From Gemmatimonadales bacterium (lineage in GTDB: Bacteria > Gemmatimonadota > Gemmatimonadetes > Gemmatimonadales > GWC2-71-9): DNA of 64,000 nt. Location: the NCBI GenBank assembly GCA_050183815.1, contig JBFXAY010000015.1, positions 6,437 to 70,436 of the forward strand, written 5' to 3'. Shown one piece after another: positions 35,348 to 45,499 of this stretch. Below the pieces are notes generated by a model. The model made no database searches. It was not told the DNA's origin and saw only the letters and a list, made by a program, of their open reading frames with translations. Made by a program: the position numbers and the translations under genes. The first letter of the stretch is position 1, and the number at the start of each line of letters is the position of its first letter.

Positions 35348-36069
35348 CGACGGGAACCCGCCCCGGGGAGCGCAGCCAGTACCCGCCGGACTCGATCCGG
35401 ATCCGGACGCGACTCGCAGCCAAACCCCTCCACCGCCGCATTCCGCAGGACCCCCGCCAGATGAATCTCCGCCACTCGCGTCTCCGCAACGAGACGGGCG
35501 ACATGGACACCTTGCACGCCGCCCCCGGCCAGCACGACCGGCGACCCCGCCGCTTCCTCCACCAGCCGGCGGATCGCCGCCCGTCCCTGATCCGCCGTCG
35601 GCGCCCCGCCGGACGTCAGGATCCGGCTGACGCCGAGTTCGCGGAGGGTCGCCATCGCACTGAGCGAGTTGGGGATCGCATCGAACGCGCGGTGGAACGT
35701 GAACGGGACGCCACCCGCCCGCTCCACGAGCAGCCGGGTCGCCCCGACATCCACGCCGCCCTTCGGGCCGAGCAACCCGGCCACGACGCCGGCCGCCCCC
35801 GCCCCAACGGCCAGTTCGACATCGCGGGCCATCACCGCCAGTTCGCTCTCGTCCGCCACGAACGGCCCCGGCCGCGACCGGATCATCACGAACACCGGAA
35901 TCGCCACCGCGGCCCGCACCGCCTCGAGCAGCCCGAGACTCGGCGTGAGCCCGCCCACCTCGAGCGCCTGGCAAAGCTCGAGCCGGTCGGCACCGGCCTC
36001 GGCCGCAAGTCGCGCGGCGGTCACGGAGTCGACGGCAACCTCGACCAGGGGTCGGCCCGACGTTAGCAT
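35344..36069 (-). CDS. cutC: Copper homeostasis protein CutC
   Basis: 'GADRLELC..L..GGLTPS', 'VMIR.R.G.F', 'TFHRAFD', 'RILTSGG'. Confidence 0.92.
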   Translation of the reverse strand: MLTSGRPLVEVAVDSVTAARLAAEAGADRLELCQALEVGGLTPSLGLLEAVRAAVAIPVFVMIRSRPGPFVADESELAVMARDVELAVGAGAAGVVAGLLGPKGGVDVGATRLLVERAGGVPFTFHRAFDAIPNSLSAMATLRELGVSRILTSGGAPTADQGRAAIRRLVEEAAGSPVVLAGGGVQGVHVARLVAETRVAEIHLAGVLRNAAVEGFGCESRPDPDRVRRVLAALPGAGSRR

Positions 36070-36200
36070 TCGTTACCTCGATTGACTTGAGACGAGGAGC
36101 GCTCCGCATTCCGGCGCGCGCCGAACACAAGGCAGTCTCCACCCGAAAGCAACCCAGCCGGCCCCTCAGCCGGAAGACTTCGAGCGGGAGGCGTGATCGC

Positions 36201-36584
36201 ATGACCGAGGAAACCAAACGCGGCCCGGGCGGCACCCCCGGCGGCACCGGCGAATTCCTGCTGGGCCTCGCCCTCGTGATCGGCGGCGGCTATCTGGTGA
36301 TGAACCAGGTGACCGTCACCAGCGGCTTCTGGTCCTTCTACGGCTACAACGCGTTCGGCTTCTCGCTGATTCCGCTGCTGATCGGCATCGCGGTGCTGTT
36401 CTTCAACGGCCGCTCGCCGATCGGCTGGTTGCTGACGCTCGGGGGCGCGCTGATCATCTTCCTCGGCGTGATCACCAACCTGCGCGTCTTCTTCCAGCCC
36501 ACGAGCCTCTTCAACACGCTCCTCATGCTCGGAGGTCTCGCGGCCGGCATCGGCTTGATCGCGCGGTCGATCCGGACCCACTGA
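36201..36584 (+). CDS. Conserved-looking 4-TM membrane protein
   Basis: 'GGTPGG.GEF.LG', four hydrophobic segments, GGAGG upstream. Confidence 0.75.
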   Translation: MTEETKRGPGGTPGGTGEFLLGLALVIGGGYLVMNQVTVTSGFWSFYGYNAFGFSLIPLLIGIAVLFFNGRSPIGWLLTLGGALIIFLGVITNLRVFFQPTSLFNTLLMLGGLAAGIGLIARSIRTH

Positions 36585-36594
36585 CCGGCCGCGC

Positions 36595-37068
36595 ATGCGC
36601 GCCCTCCACGAAGTCGTGACCCGCACTCGCGGCACCCGGCAGGGGGGTGCCGTGTTCGCCGGCACCCGGGTCTCGGTCAAACAGCTGATCGACCACCTCG
36701 ACCGGGGTGGCACCGTGGCCGACTTCCTCGCCCGATACCCCCAACTGGACGCCGACCAGGTGGCGCAGGCCCTGGCCCTGGGCCTCGAAGCCCTGGTGGC
36801 CCGGGTTCCCGTCGACCCGTTGCCGGCGCAGGCCTCCCTCCTGCCCCGCACCGACAAGCGTGGCGTGATTCTCAATCCCGAGGAGCTGACGGCGGCCTTG
36901 GTGGTGGGCCGCAAGGTCCGCTGCCCCGCCTGCCGCGACCTCGTCTTCGAACGCTGGCCGGAGGGCTGGAACGCCCACGCCGCCCGCCGCTGCCGCGGCC
37001 TCCGCGACGCCGGGGCCGGCGCTCGGCAGGCGGAGTTCAAGCGGCGCTTCGAGCACCTGTTCCGATAG
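36595..37068 (+). CDS. DUF433-domain protein fused to a C-terminal CxxC...H...C domain
   Basis: 'GG.VF.GTRV.V..L.D.L..G.TV.DFL..YPQL' is DUF433. 'CPAC...WNAH....C' follows. Confidence 0.75.
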   Translation: MRALHEVVTRTRGTRQGGAVFAGTRVSVKQLIDHLDRGGTVADFLARYPQLDADQVAQALALGLEALVARVPVDPLPAQASLLPRTDKRGVILNPEELTAALVVGRKVRCPACRDLVFERWPEGWNAHAARRCRGLRDAGAGARQAEFKRRFEHLFR

Positions 37069-37284
37069 CCGAGAGGTCGGCGAGGGCATGGGGCGCTGAC
37101 CCGGCCGGAGTTCGGCATCAGGGGACCCCGACAACGTGCGGACTTTCCGGCCCACGCCGTCTCCCCAGCCCGGCCGGACGGCGGCCGACCGCAGGGTCGA
37201 ACCAGTCCCGGGGCCGGAATTGCCCCCGGGGCCGACGTTGCCCCCGAGGCCGGCTTCCGCCACGATTCCCTGAGCCGCACTGGA

Positions 37285-39066
37285 GTGGTATTGCCGATGT
37301 TGGTCCCGCCGGTCCTCCCGGCCCTGTCCGCGCTGCTGGCCGTCGCCGGGATCCAGAATCCCGACGCGTTCAAGCGGGCCCTTTCGGCCGACACGACCGA
37401 AGTGGGCCGGGCGGCCAGGCGGGCCCAGGAGAACTTCGAACGGGACCGCCGGCTCCGGCTCCCGGCGAGCTACGGCTCGAGCGGGCGCTGCGACGAACGG
37501 ATCGGCCGGTTCTGCTACTGGTACGACGACGGCGACACCACCCTCCCGGCCGATCCACCCAGCGTCAAGGACGCCCGTCGCGACCTCATCGCCGTCCTCG
37601 GCGGGGCCGCCGCGCGGCAACCGGAGCACGACTGGCTTACGGGACAGCACGTCCGCTACCTCGTCGAACAGGACCTGCTCGACGCCGGGGTCACCACCGC
37701 CCGGGGTTGCCGCGCCACCCCGTGGTGGTGCGCCGCACTCGAGGGATACGCAACTCACGCAGCCGGCCGCTACGCCGCCGCCGACTCGGCCTTCGACCGA
37801 GCCCTGGCCCTGGCACCCGAGCCCATTCGCTGTGCCTGGCTCGATTGGTCAGTCGTCCTCGACGAGCGCCTGGCGGGCCGGGTGGAAGAGGGGTCGTGCG
37901 CCGAACGAGTGGCGCTGGCCGACACGGTCTTCTGGCTCGGCCAGCCGCTGCTGTCCCGGCCCGGCAACGACCTTCGCACCGAGTATCTCTCCCGCCGGGT
38001 CGTCGCCCTCCTGCGATCCACCGCCCGCACCGCGTACGGCACCCCCTGGGGCGACGACATGGAGGAGCTGCTCCTGCGCTACGGCTGGTCGACGCGCTAC
38101 TCCGTCGCCGGCAACACCGCTCGGGCCCTTGAAGGCCCGTCGGTCATCGGACATCAGCGGTCGCCGGCGTTCCAGTTTCTCCCGGTGACCCGCGCGGACA
38201 CGGGGCTCGAGGCCTGGGAGTGGACCTTCAAACCGGAGCGCCCTCGCTCCCGGTATGCGCCGCCCTACGCCGACGAATTCCTCGCGACCACGCACTATCA
38301 GGTGGCCCGATTCCCCCGCGGCGACACGACGCTCGTGGCGGCCGCCCTGGGCGCCACCCTCGCGGACCCTGGCTTCCGCGGCCGGCCGCTCGACCAGGCG
38401 CTCGCGGTGAGTACCGGCTCGGCCCGCACCGTGATCACCCGGCGCGATTCGACCCGGACCCCCGGCGCCTTCCTGCTGGCCGTTCCACCATCGGCCGCCC
38501 GGTCGGGACAGCCGGCGGCGGCGGCCGGCGGCGGCACCCCGCCCTCCGCAGCGGAGCCCGGGGCCCCTCTCCTCGTGAGCCTCGAAACCAACCCCCACGG
38601 GATCCGTCGGTTCCTGAGAGCCCGAACCCTGGTGGCCCCCATCGACCGCACCACGCCGCTGGTGCTCTCCGACCCGCTCCTGTTCCAGGCGGCCGACGAG
38701 TTGCCCCGTTCGCTCGACGAGGCGGTCCCGCGGATGCTGGCAACCGACCGCGTCTCCCGGAGGGCGCCGGTCGGCGTCTACTGGGAAACGGCCGGAGCTG
38801 CGGGGGACTCCGTCTCGGTGTCCATCGCCCTCGTACCGTTTCAGCGGGGCCTCCTCGGCCGGATCGGCCAGGGGCTGAGCCTGGTCGGCCGCCGGGCGCC
38901 GCTCACGCTGGAGTGGCAAGCCGGCGCCGCCGGAGAGCGGATTACCGGCCGGGCTCTGGAGCTCGACCTTCGCCGTTTGAAGAACGGGCGCTATCGTCTG
39001 GTCATCGAACTCACCGGGCCGGCAGGATCGGCCACCAGTGAACGCACCATCGAACTCGTACCCTGA
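37285..39066 (+). CDS. Secreted hypothetical protein, Cys-rich N-terminus, GWxTD-like central motif
   Basis: Signal peptide, 'CDERIGRFCYW', 'TEYLSRR....PWGDD...LLRYGW', Ig-like C-terminus 'GRYRL.IE'. Start is 37285 or 37297. Confidence 0.6.
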   Translation: MVLPMLVPPVLPALSALLAVAGIQNPDAFKRALSADTTEVGRAARRAQENFERDRRLRLPASYGSSGRCDERIGRFCYWYDDGDTTLPADPPSVKDARRDLIAVLGGAAARQPEHDWLTGQHVRYLVEQDLLDAGVTTARGCRATPWWCAALEGYATHAAGRYAAADSAFDRALALAPEPIRCAWLDWSVVLDERLAGRVEEGSCAERVALADTVFWLGQPLLSRPGNDLRTEYLSRRVVALLRSTARTAYGTPWGDDMEELLLRYGWSTRYSVAGNTARALEGPSVIGHQRSPAFQFLPVTRADTGLEAWEWTFKPERPRSRYAPPYADEFLATTHYQVARFPRGDTTLVAAALGATLADPGFRGRPLDQALAVSTGSARTVITRRDSTRTPGAFLLAVPPSAARSGQPAAAAGGGTPPSAAEPGAPLLVSLETNPHGIRRFLRARTLVAPIDRTTPLVLSDPLLFQAADELPRSLDEAVPRMLATDRVSRRAPVGVYWETAGAAGDSVSVSIALVPFQRGLLGRIGQGLSLVGRRAPLTLEWQAGAAGERITGRALELDLRRLKNGRYRLVIELTGPAGSATSERTIELVP

Positions 39067-39076
39067 GGTTGGACCT

Positions 39077-41923
39077 GTGAAGATCTCGTTTTCCGGACTG
39101 ACGGCGCTCCTCCTGACGACTCCCATGGCCGCCCAGGGACCCTCCCCGGCCCGGGAGCCGGCCGCGGCCCCGGTGGCCCAGGCCGACACGATGCCGCTCG
39201 ACCCGGCCGTCATCACCGGAAGCTTTCCGAACGGGCTCCGGTACTACATCCGGAAGAACGACCGGCCCAAGGCACGGGCGGAACTCCGTCTGGTGGTGAA
39301 CGCCGGCTCGGTGCTCGAGGACGACGACCAGCTGGGCCTGGCCCACTTCGTCGAGCACATGGCCTTCAACGGCACCGCGCGGTTCGCCAAGCAGTCGCTG
39401 GTGGACTACATCGAGGGCATCGGCATGCGCTTCGGCGCGGATCTGAACGCCAGCACGTCCTTTGACGAGACGATCTACCAGCTCCTCGTCCCGACCGACA
39501 GCACCCATCTCCTCGAGCGCGGTTTCGACATTCTCGAGGACTGGTCCCACGGCATCAGCTTCGACACCGCCGAGGTCCGCAAGGAACGCGGCGTGGTGAT
39601 CGAGGAGTGGCGGCTCGGCCAGGGCGCCTCGAACCGGATGTTCGAGAAGCAGATGCCGGTGCTCTTCCGCGGCTCCCGGTACAAGGACCGCCTCCCGATC
39701 GGCACCAAGCAGTCGCTCGAGACCTTCGATCCCGCGGCGCTGACTCGCTACTACCGGGACTGGTATCGCCCCGATCTGATGGCGGTCATCGCGGTGGGCG
39801 ATTTCGACGTCGAGCAGGTGCGGCGGCTGATCTCCGACCGCTTCAGCCGGCTCCGCCCGGCCACGGCGGCCCCCCGGCAGCGGGTGGCGTACCGCATCCC
39901 CGCGCGCGACTCCACCGCCGCGGCGATCGCCACCGACAAGGAAGCCACCGGCACCCAGGTCGGCATCTACTATCTCCGTCCGGACCAGGGCGACCTGACC
40001 GTCACCGCCTACCGGGCTTCGCTGGTGGAGCAACTCTACAGCCAGATGCTCAACCAGCGGCTCTACGAACTCTCGCAGCAGCCCAACCCGCCGTTCATCG
40101 GCGCCGGCGGCGGTGGGGGCAGCTTCATCCGGGGCACTGATGCCTTCTCGCTCGGCGCCGCGGTAGCCGACACCGGGATCCTGCGCGGGTTCGAGGCGGT
40201 CGTGACCGAGGTCGAACGGGTGGACCGGCACGGGTTCACGCCGGCCGAGTTCGACCGCACGAAGCGTGACTTTCTCCGGAGTTACGAACAGGCGTACGCC
40301 GAGCGGGACAAGACCGAGTCGGGGAGCTATGTCGAGCAGTACATCCGGCATTTCCTCACCCGGGAGCCCTCGCCGGGGATCGAGTACGAGTATCAGTTGA
40401 CCCAGCGGCTCCTGCCGACCATCACGCTGGCCGAAGTGAACGCGGCCGCGCGGAACTGGCTCGCGGTCCGCGATCGGATCCTCCTGGTCAACGCCCCGGA
40501 CAAGGTGGCGTCCCGGATTCCGGGCGAGAAGCAGCTTCTTGGCGTGTTCGACCTGGTCAAGCGGGCCGACGTGGCCGCCTACGCGGAAACCGTTTCGGAA
40601 GCGCCGCTCGTTGCCGCCGATCTCCAGCCCCGGCCGCCGGTGTCCGAGACCACCGATCCGAATCTCGGAATCACGACCTGGGTCCTGCCGAACGGGGTCC
40701 GGGTCATCGCCAAGCCGACCGACTTCAAGGCCGACGAGGTGCTGCTGTCGGCCACGAGCCCCGGCGGCTCCTCGGTCGAGCCGGACAGCCTGTTCCTCGC
40801 CGCGGTGTTTTCCTCTCAGGCCGTGGCCCTGGGCGGTGCCGGCGACTTTTCGGCGGTCGAACTGCAGAAGAAGCTGGCGGGCAAGGCGGTGTTCGTGAGC
40901 CCGTTCGTCGGCAGCTATCAGGAGGGATTCCGCGGGCAAGCGTCGCCCAAGGATCTGGAGACGCTGTTCCAGCTCGTCTATCTCAACTTCACCGCCCCGC
41001 GGCGCGATCCCGAGGCATTCGCCGCGTTCCGGACGAATATCCGCGCGGCACTGGCCAACCGGAGCGCCAGTCCGGACGTAGCGTTCCGCGACACTCTGTC
41101 GGTGACGCTCACCCAGCACCACCCGCGCAACCAGCCGGTGTCCACCGCGACGATCGATTCGCTCGATCTCGACCGGGCGCTCGCGGTCTATCGCGACCGG
41201 TTTGCCGACGCGAGCGATTTCACCTTCGTGCTGGTCGGCGCGTTCTCCCTCGACAGCCTGAAGCCCCTGGTGGCGCGCTATCTCGGCAACCTGCCCGCCA
41301 CCCGTCGGGGCGAGTCGTGGAAAGACGTCGGGATCCGCAATCCGCGCGGCATCGTCGAACGGGAGGTCCGCCGCGGGGTCGAGCCCAAGAGCCGGACCGA
41401 ACTCGTCTTCAACGGCGAGTTCCCGTATTCCCGGGCCGAGCGGTTCGTCCTGCGGAGCATGGCCGACATTCTCGACATCAAGCTCCGCGAGTCGCTCCGG
41501 GAAGATCTGGGCGGGACCTACGGCGTGTCGGTGAGCCCGTCGCCCACCCGGATTCCCCGGGAGGAGTACACCCTGTCGATTCGATTCGAGTCGGCCCCCG
41601 ACCGGGTGGATCAACTCGTCGCGGCGGTGTTCGCCCAGGTGGACACCCTGGCCACCCGCGGACCGGAGGACAAGGACCTGGCCAAGATCCGGGAAACGGT
41701 GATCCGCGGCCGGGAAACCGACCTCCGCGAAAACGGCTTCTGGCTCGGGCAACTCGCCGGCTACGCCGTCAACGACGAGGACCCCGCCGGCATCGTCAAA
41801 CTGGACGATCTGCTGCCGCTCCTGACCCGGGAGCGGATCCGGGACGCCGCGGCTCGCTACCTCGACCGGAAGAACTACATTCGGGTCACCCTGATGCCCG
41901 AACGCTCCACTCAACCGGACTGA
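39077..41923 (+). CDS. M16 family zinc peptidase (PqqL-like)
   Basis: Inverted zinc motif HFVEH, 'NGLRYYIR.N..P', 'KERGVV.EEW', second-half 'LRE.LRE..GGTY'. Confidence 0.92.
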   Translation: MKISFSGLTALLLTTPMAAQGPSPAREPAAAPVAQADTMPLDPAVITGSFPNGLRYYIRKNDRPKARAELRLVVNAGSVLEDDDQLGLAHFVEHMAFNGTARFAKQSLVDYIEGIGMRFGADLNASTSFDETIYQLLVPTDSTHLLERGFDILEDWSHGISFDTAEVRKERGVVIEEWRLGQGASNRMFEKQMPVLFRGSRYKDRLPIGTKQSLETFDPAALTRYYRDWYRPDLMAVIAVGDFDVEQVRRLISDRFSRLRPATAAPRQRVAYRIPARDSTAAAIATDKEATGTQVGIYYLRPDQGDLTVTAYRASLVEQLYSQMLNQRLYELSQQPNPPFIGAGGGGGSFIRGTDAFSLGAAVADTGILRGFEAVVTEVERVDRHGFTPAEFDRTKRDFLRSYEQAYAERDKTESGSYVEQYIRHFLTREPSPGIEYEYQLTQRLLPTITLAEVNAAARNWLAVRDRILLVNAPDKVASRIPGEKQLLGVFDLVKRADVAAYAETVSEAPLVAADLQPRPPVSETTDPNLGITTWVLPNGVRVIAKPTDFKADEVLLSATSPGGSSVEPDSLFLAAVFSSQAVALGGAGDFSAVELQKKLAGKAVFVSPFVGSYQEGFRGQASPKDLETLFQLVYLNFTAPRRDPEAFAAFRTNIRAALANRSASPDVAFRDTLSVTLTQHHPRNQPVSTATIDSLDLDRALAVYRDRFADASDFTFVLVGAFSLDSLKPLVARYLGNLPATRRGESWKDVGIRNPRGIVEREVRRGVEPKSRTELVFNGEFPYSRAERFVLRSMADILDIKLRESLREDLGGTYGVSVSPSPTRIPREEYTLSIRFESAPDRVDQLVAAVFAQVDTLATRGPEDKDLAKIRETVIRGRETDLRENGFWLGQLAGYAVNDEDPAGIVKLDDLLPLLTRERIRDAAARYLDRKNYIRVTLMPERSTQPD

Positions 41924-41927
41924 CGCC

Positions 41928-43334
41928 ATGCGCCGAGCCGCTGCGGTTCTCGGGTTGATCGCCCTGATACCGGTCACCGCGGCGGCCCAGCTCGCGGCGG
42001 ACACGGCGGCGCGGATCGACCAGGTCTTCGCGCGGTTCAACCACACCGACACGCCGGGCTGCGTCGTCGGGATCGATCGCGGCGGCAGTCCGCTGTACCG
42101 CCGCGCCTACGGCATGGCGGACCTGCAGGCGGGCAGCCCGCTCACGGTCGAGTCCGTCGGTGAGTCCGGGTCCGTCGCGAAGCAGTTCACCGCCGGGGCC
42201 GTCGTCCTGCTGGCGCTCGAGGGCCGGCTCGATCTCGACGATCCGGTCCGGAAGCACATCCCCGAGCTCCCCGACTACGGCGCGCCGGTCACGATCCGCA
42301 TGCTCCTCCACCACACGAGCGGCGTCCGCGACATGTGGACCCTGTTCGCGCTGGCGGGCCGCCCCTCGGGCTCGGTGCTCTACACCATGCCGGAGGCCCT
42401 GGCGATGGTGTACCGGCAGCGGGAGCTCAACTTCCCGCCCAACTCGGAATACCTCTACAGCAACTCGGGCTTTCTGCTCCTGGCCGAGATTGTGCGCCGG
42501 GTCTCCGGCCAGCCACTCGCGGCCTTCTCTCAAGCGCGTTTCTTCCAGCCACTCGGCATGAATTCCACCCAGTGGCGCGACGACTGGAACCGGATCGTAC
42601 CCCGGCGGGCCACCGCGTACGAGGCCGATTCGGCCGCGGGCTACCGGACGGCCATGCCGTACATGGACGTGTACGGTGCGGGCGGGCTGCTGACCACCGT
42701 GGACGATCTGCTCCGCTGGAACCGGCACCTGGACCACCCCACGATCGGCGGCCGGCCCTGGGCCGACACCCTCGCGGCGCGGGGCCGGCTCAACGACGGC
42801 AAGGAAATCGGCTACGGGTTTGGACTCGCGGTGTCGAGTTATCAGGGCACCGCCGAGGTCTCCCATAGCGGCGCCACGGGTGGTTACCGGACCTTCCTCG
42901 CCCGCTGGCCGGAGCGGCGGCTTTCCCTCGCGATGCTGTGCAACGTCGCCACCGCGGCCACGGAGGCCCTCGGCCACGAGGTGGCCGATGTCTTCATGGG
43001 GGCGGCACCGGCCCGGGAGTCGGCAGCAACCCGGCCGGCCCGGGTCGCCGAGGTGCGCCAGCCGCCGACGCCGGCCGACCTGGCAAGCTATGCCGGGACC
43101 TACTACAGCCCGGAACTCGACGTGACGTACCGGGTTGCCGCCTCCGATTCGGGGCTGACGGTCGTCGTCGGCCCGAACGAGCCTCGGCCCCTGCGGGCAG
43201 CCGGCGTCGACCGGTTCACCGGCGGATCCGGCTTCGAGTTCCAATGGACTCGTCAGGGATCCAACCGCCTCACGGGATTCCTGCTCTCCGCCGGCAGGGT
43301 CCGCAACCTTCGCTTCGAAAGACGGAGTCAATGA
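41928..43334 (+). CDS. Secreted serine hydrolase (AmpC/D-aminopeptidase-like)
   Basis: SVAK, 'LLHHTSG', YSN and HSG motifs. C-terminal 'YAGTYYS.EL' domain. Confidence 0.88.
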   Translation: MRRAAAVLGLIALIPVTAAAQLAADTAARIDQVFARFNHTDTPGCVVGIDRGGSPLYRRAYGMADLQAGSPLTVESVGESGSVAKQFTAGAVVLLALEGRLDLDDPVRKHIPELPDYGAPVTIRMLLHHTSGVRDMWTLFALAGRPSGSVLYTMPEALAMVYRQRELNFPPNSEYLYSNSGFLLLAEIVRRVSGQPLAAFSQARFFQPLGMNSTQWRDDWNRIVPRRATAYEADSAAGYRTAMPYMDVYGAGGLLTTVDDLLRWNRHLDHPTIGGRPWADTLAARGRLNDGKEIGYGFGLAVSSYQGTAEVSHSGATGGYRTFLARWPERRLSLAMLCNVATAATEALGHEVADVFMGAAPARESAATRPARVAEVRQPPTPADLASYAGTYYSPELDVTYRVAASDSGLTVVVGPNEPRPLRAAGVDRFTGGSGFEFQWTRQGSNRLTGFLLSAGRVRNLRFERRSQ

Positions 43335-43855
43335 GTCCCCGCTACGACCGCCCCGGTACCGACGAGTACGCCCCCTACTACGAGACCTACGTCGGCAAGA
43401 TCGGCGACGACCTTTTCGGCACGCTGGCCGCGCAGATCGCCGACCTGATGGTAACCCTCCGGCCCGTGCCGGACGACCGCGCCAACACCGGCTACGCGCC
43501 CGGCAAGTGGTCGATCAAGGAAGTGATGGGCCACATCGCCGACACCGAGCGGGTCATGGCCTACCGGGCCATGGCCTTCGCGCGGGGCGACCAGACGCCG
43601 CTGCCGTCGTTCGACGAGAACGCATGGACGCCCGCCGGCCGCTTCAACGAGCGGAGCCTCGGCAGCCTGATCGACGAATGGGTGGCGGTCCGGAGCGGCA
43701 CGATCACCATGCTCAACGGGCTGCCCCAGGACGCGGTCACCAACCGGGGAACCGCGAGCGGCAAGACGGTGTCGGTCCGCGGCCTGGCCTACATCATCGC
43801 CGGGCATACGGCCCACCATCTGCAGATCATCAAAGACCGGTATCTCGGCTCGTGA
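43331..43855 (+). CDS. DinB family protein
   Basis: 'YAPGKWSIKEV.GH..DTER', 'IAGH..HH'. Confidence 0.88.
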   Translation: MSPRYDRPGTDEYAPYYETYVGKIGDDLFGTLAAQIADLMVTLRPVPDDRANTGYAPGKWSIKEVMGHIADTERVMAYRAMAFARGDQTPLPSFDENAWTPAGRFNERSLGSLIDEWVAVRSGTITMLNGLPQDAVTNRGTASGKTVSVRGLAYIIAGHTAHHLQIIKDRYLGS

Positions 43856-44931
43856 GCCGCTCGGTGGATCGCCGCTCCTTCGTCGGCGCCCTCGCGGCCG
43901 TACCGCTGGCCGGCCGGTTGGCCCGAACCGCCAGGCGGTCGGCGGGGCAGACGGGGCCCGACCGGCTCGTGATCGACGCGATGGGCGAACTCCGCTTCGA
44001 GTATCCGCCGGAACTGATCCGGGCCATGATCGACAGCGGCCTGGACGCCATCACGGTCACCCTCTGCGATCCCAAGCCCGAGGGCGACGAAGCCCTCGTG
44101 CTGGCGCTGGACTCGCTCCTCGCCCACGATCGCTTCATCGCAGCAAACCCGGAGCTCTTGCTCCGGGGCACCCGCGCCGACGACATCGAGCTGGCCCGCC
44201 GGACCGGACGACTGGCCGTGTTCTATCTCTATCAGAACACCGTCCAGTTCGGCACCGACCTCGACCGGATCGACCTGTTTCACCGGCTGGGGCTCCGGAG
44301 CTGCCAGCTGACCTACAACACCCGCAACCACGTCGGCGTCGGCTGCTGGGAAGAGGGCGGGCTCACCGACTTCGGGCGCGAAACCGTCGAGCGGATGAAC
44401 GCGCGCCGGATGCTGGTCGACCTGTCGCACGCGAACCTGACTACCATGGCGGACGCCATCGCCGCCTCACGGGCACCCGTCATCATCTCCCATACGGCCT
44501 GCATGGCCGTATACCGGAACCGGCGGAACACCTCCGATGAGGTGCTCCGCCGACTGGCCGACCGGGGTGGCGTCGTCGGCATCTGCCAGATGCGGCCGTT
44601 TCTCACCTCGAAGAAGACCGACAACCTCGCTGCCTATTTCGACCACCTGCTGCACGCGATCCAGGTCGCGGGCGCCGAGCACGTCGCCATCGGCAGCGAT
44701 CGGGACCACCGCGTGATCGAACTCACGCCCGAGTACCTGGCCGAACTCAAGCGAGAAGAGGGCAGCCAGGTCCAGGACAACGAGCTGCCCTATTTCATCG
44801 CCGAACTCAATGGTCCGCGCCGGATGGAAGTGGTCTGGGACGGACTGGTCCAACGGGGCCTCCCCGAGCGGGAAGTCGAGCTGGTGATGGGCGGGAACGT
44901 GCGGCGGCTCTACCGTGAGGTGATCGGCTGA
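43852..44931 (+). CDS. Tat-exported M19 membrane dipeptidase-like protein, divergent metal site
   Basis: 'DRRSFV', 'QLTYN', 'DLSH', 'ISHT', 'IGSD'. The HxD motif and bridging Glu are absent. Confidence 0.8.
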   Translation: MSRSVDRRSFVGALAAVPLAGRLARTARRSAGQTGPDRLVIDAMGELRFEYPPELIRAMIDSGLDAITVTLCDPKPEGDEALVLALDSLLAHDRFIAANPELLLRGTRADDIELARRTGRLAVFYLYQNTVQFGTDLDRIDLFHRLGLRSCQLTYNTRNHVGVGCWEEGGLTDFGRETVERMNARRMLVDLSHANLTTMADAIAASRAPVIISHTACMAVYRNRRNTSDEVLRRLADRGGVVGICQMRPFLTSKKTDNLAAYFDHLLHAIQVAGAEHVAIGSDRDHRVIELTPEYLAELKREEGSQVQDNELPYFIAELNGPRRMEVVWDGLVQRGLPEREVELVMGGNVRRLYREVIG

Positions 44932-44950
44932 CGCGCGAACGACGGAGCTC

Positions 44951-45499
44951 ATGATGCCCCACATCCGGTTGCCTGACGGTGTCCCCGGAATCGGCGGTCC
45001 GATGCAGGCCTACCCCGAGACCGCCGGGCACCTCCGCGGCCTGGCGAACGCCCTGTTGCAGACGTCCGTTTCGCTCACGCCCGGCGAGCGGGAAACCATC
45101 GCGGCCGCCGTCTCGGCCGGCAACGAGTGCGTCTTCTGCGCCCGGTCGCACGCCGCCGTCGCTCGCCGCCATCTCGGCGAGCAGGGTGAACTGGTCGACC
45201 GGGTTCTTGCGGGAGATCCATCGGCCCCGATCAGCCCGAGACTCCGAGCGCTGCTGGCGATTGCCGCCAAGGTCCGGGTCGACGGCCGTTCCGTGACCGC
45301 CGAGGACGTTCAGCGGGCGCGCGAGGCCGGCGCCGACGACCGGGCCATCCACGATACCGTCCTCATCGCCGCCGCGTTCTGCATGTACAACCGGTACGTC
45401 GATGGCCTTGGCACCTGGGCCCCGGATGACGCCGGGATGTATACCCAGATGGGCGCCCGCCTGGCCGAGCATGGTTACCTGCCGATGAGTTCGTCCTGA
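44951..45499 (+). CDS. AhpD/CMD-like peroxidase-related protein
   Basis: 'ERE.IA..VS..N.CVFC..SH', 'FCMYNRYVDGL'. Confidence 0.88.
   Translation: MMPHIRLPDGVPGIGGPMQAYPETAGHLRGLANALLQTSVSLTPGERETIAAAVSAGNECVFCARSHAAVARRHLGEQGELVDRVLAGDPSAPISPRLRALLAIAAKVRVDGRSVTAEDVQRAREAGADDRAIHDTVLIAAAFCMYNRYVDGLGTWAPDDAGMYTQMGARLAEHGYLPMSSS

Noticed and set aside
33420-36070. Integron cassette array (GTTGGCC/GCCCAAC, GCCTAAC motifs among short genes)
   Set aside because: Core sites are in the wrong order for attC, genes are on mixed strands and there is no integrase.
37180-37250. Cobalamin riboswitch-like fragment
   Set aside because: No GGGAA..GGTG or GCxACTG B12-box elements.
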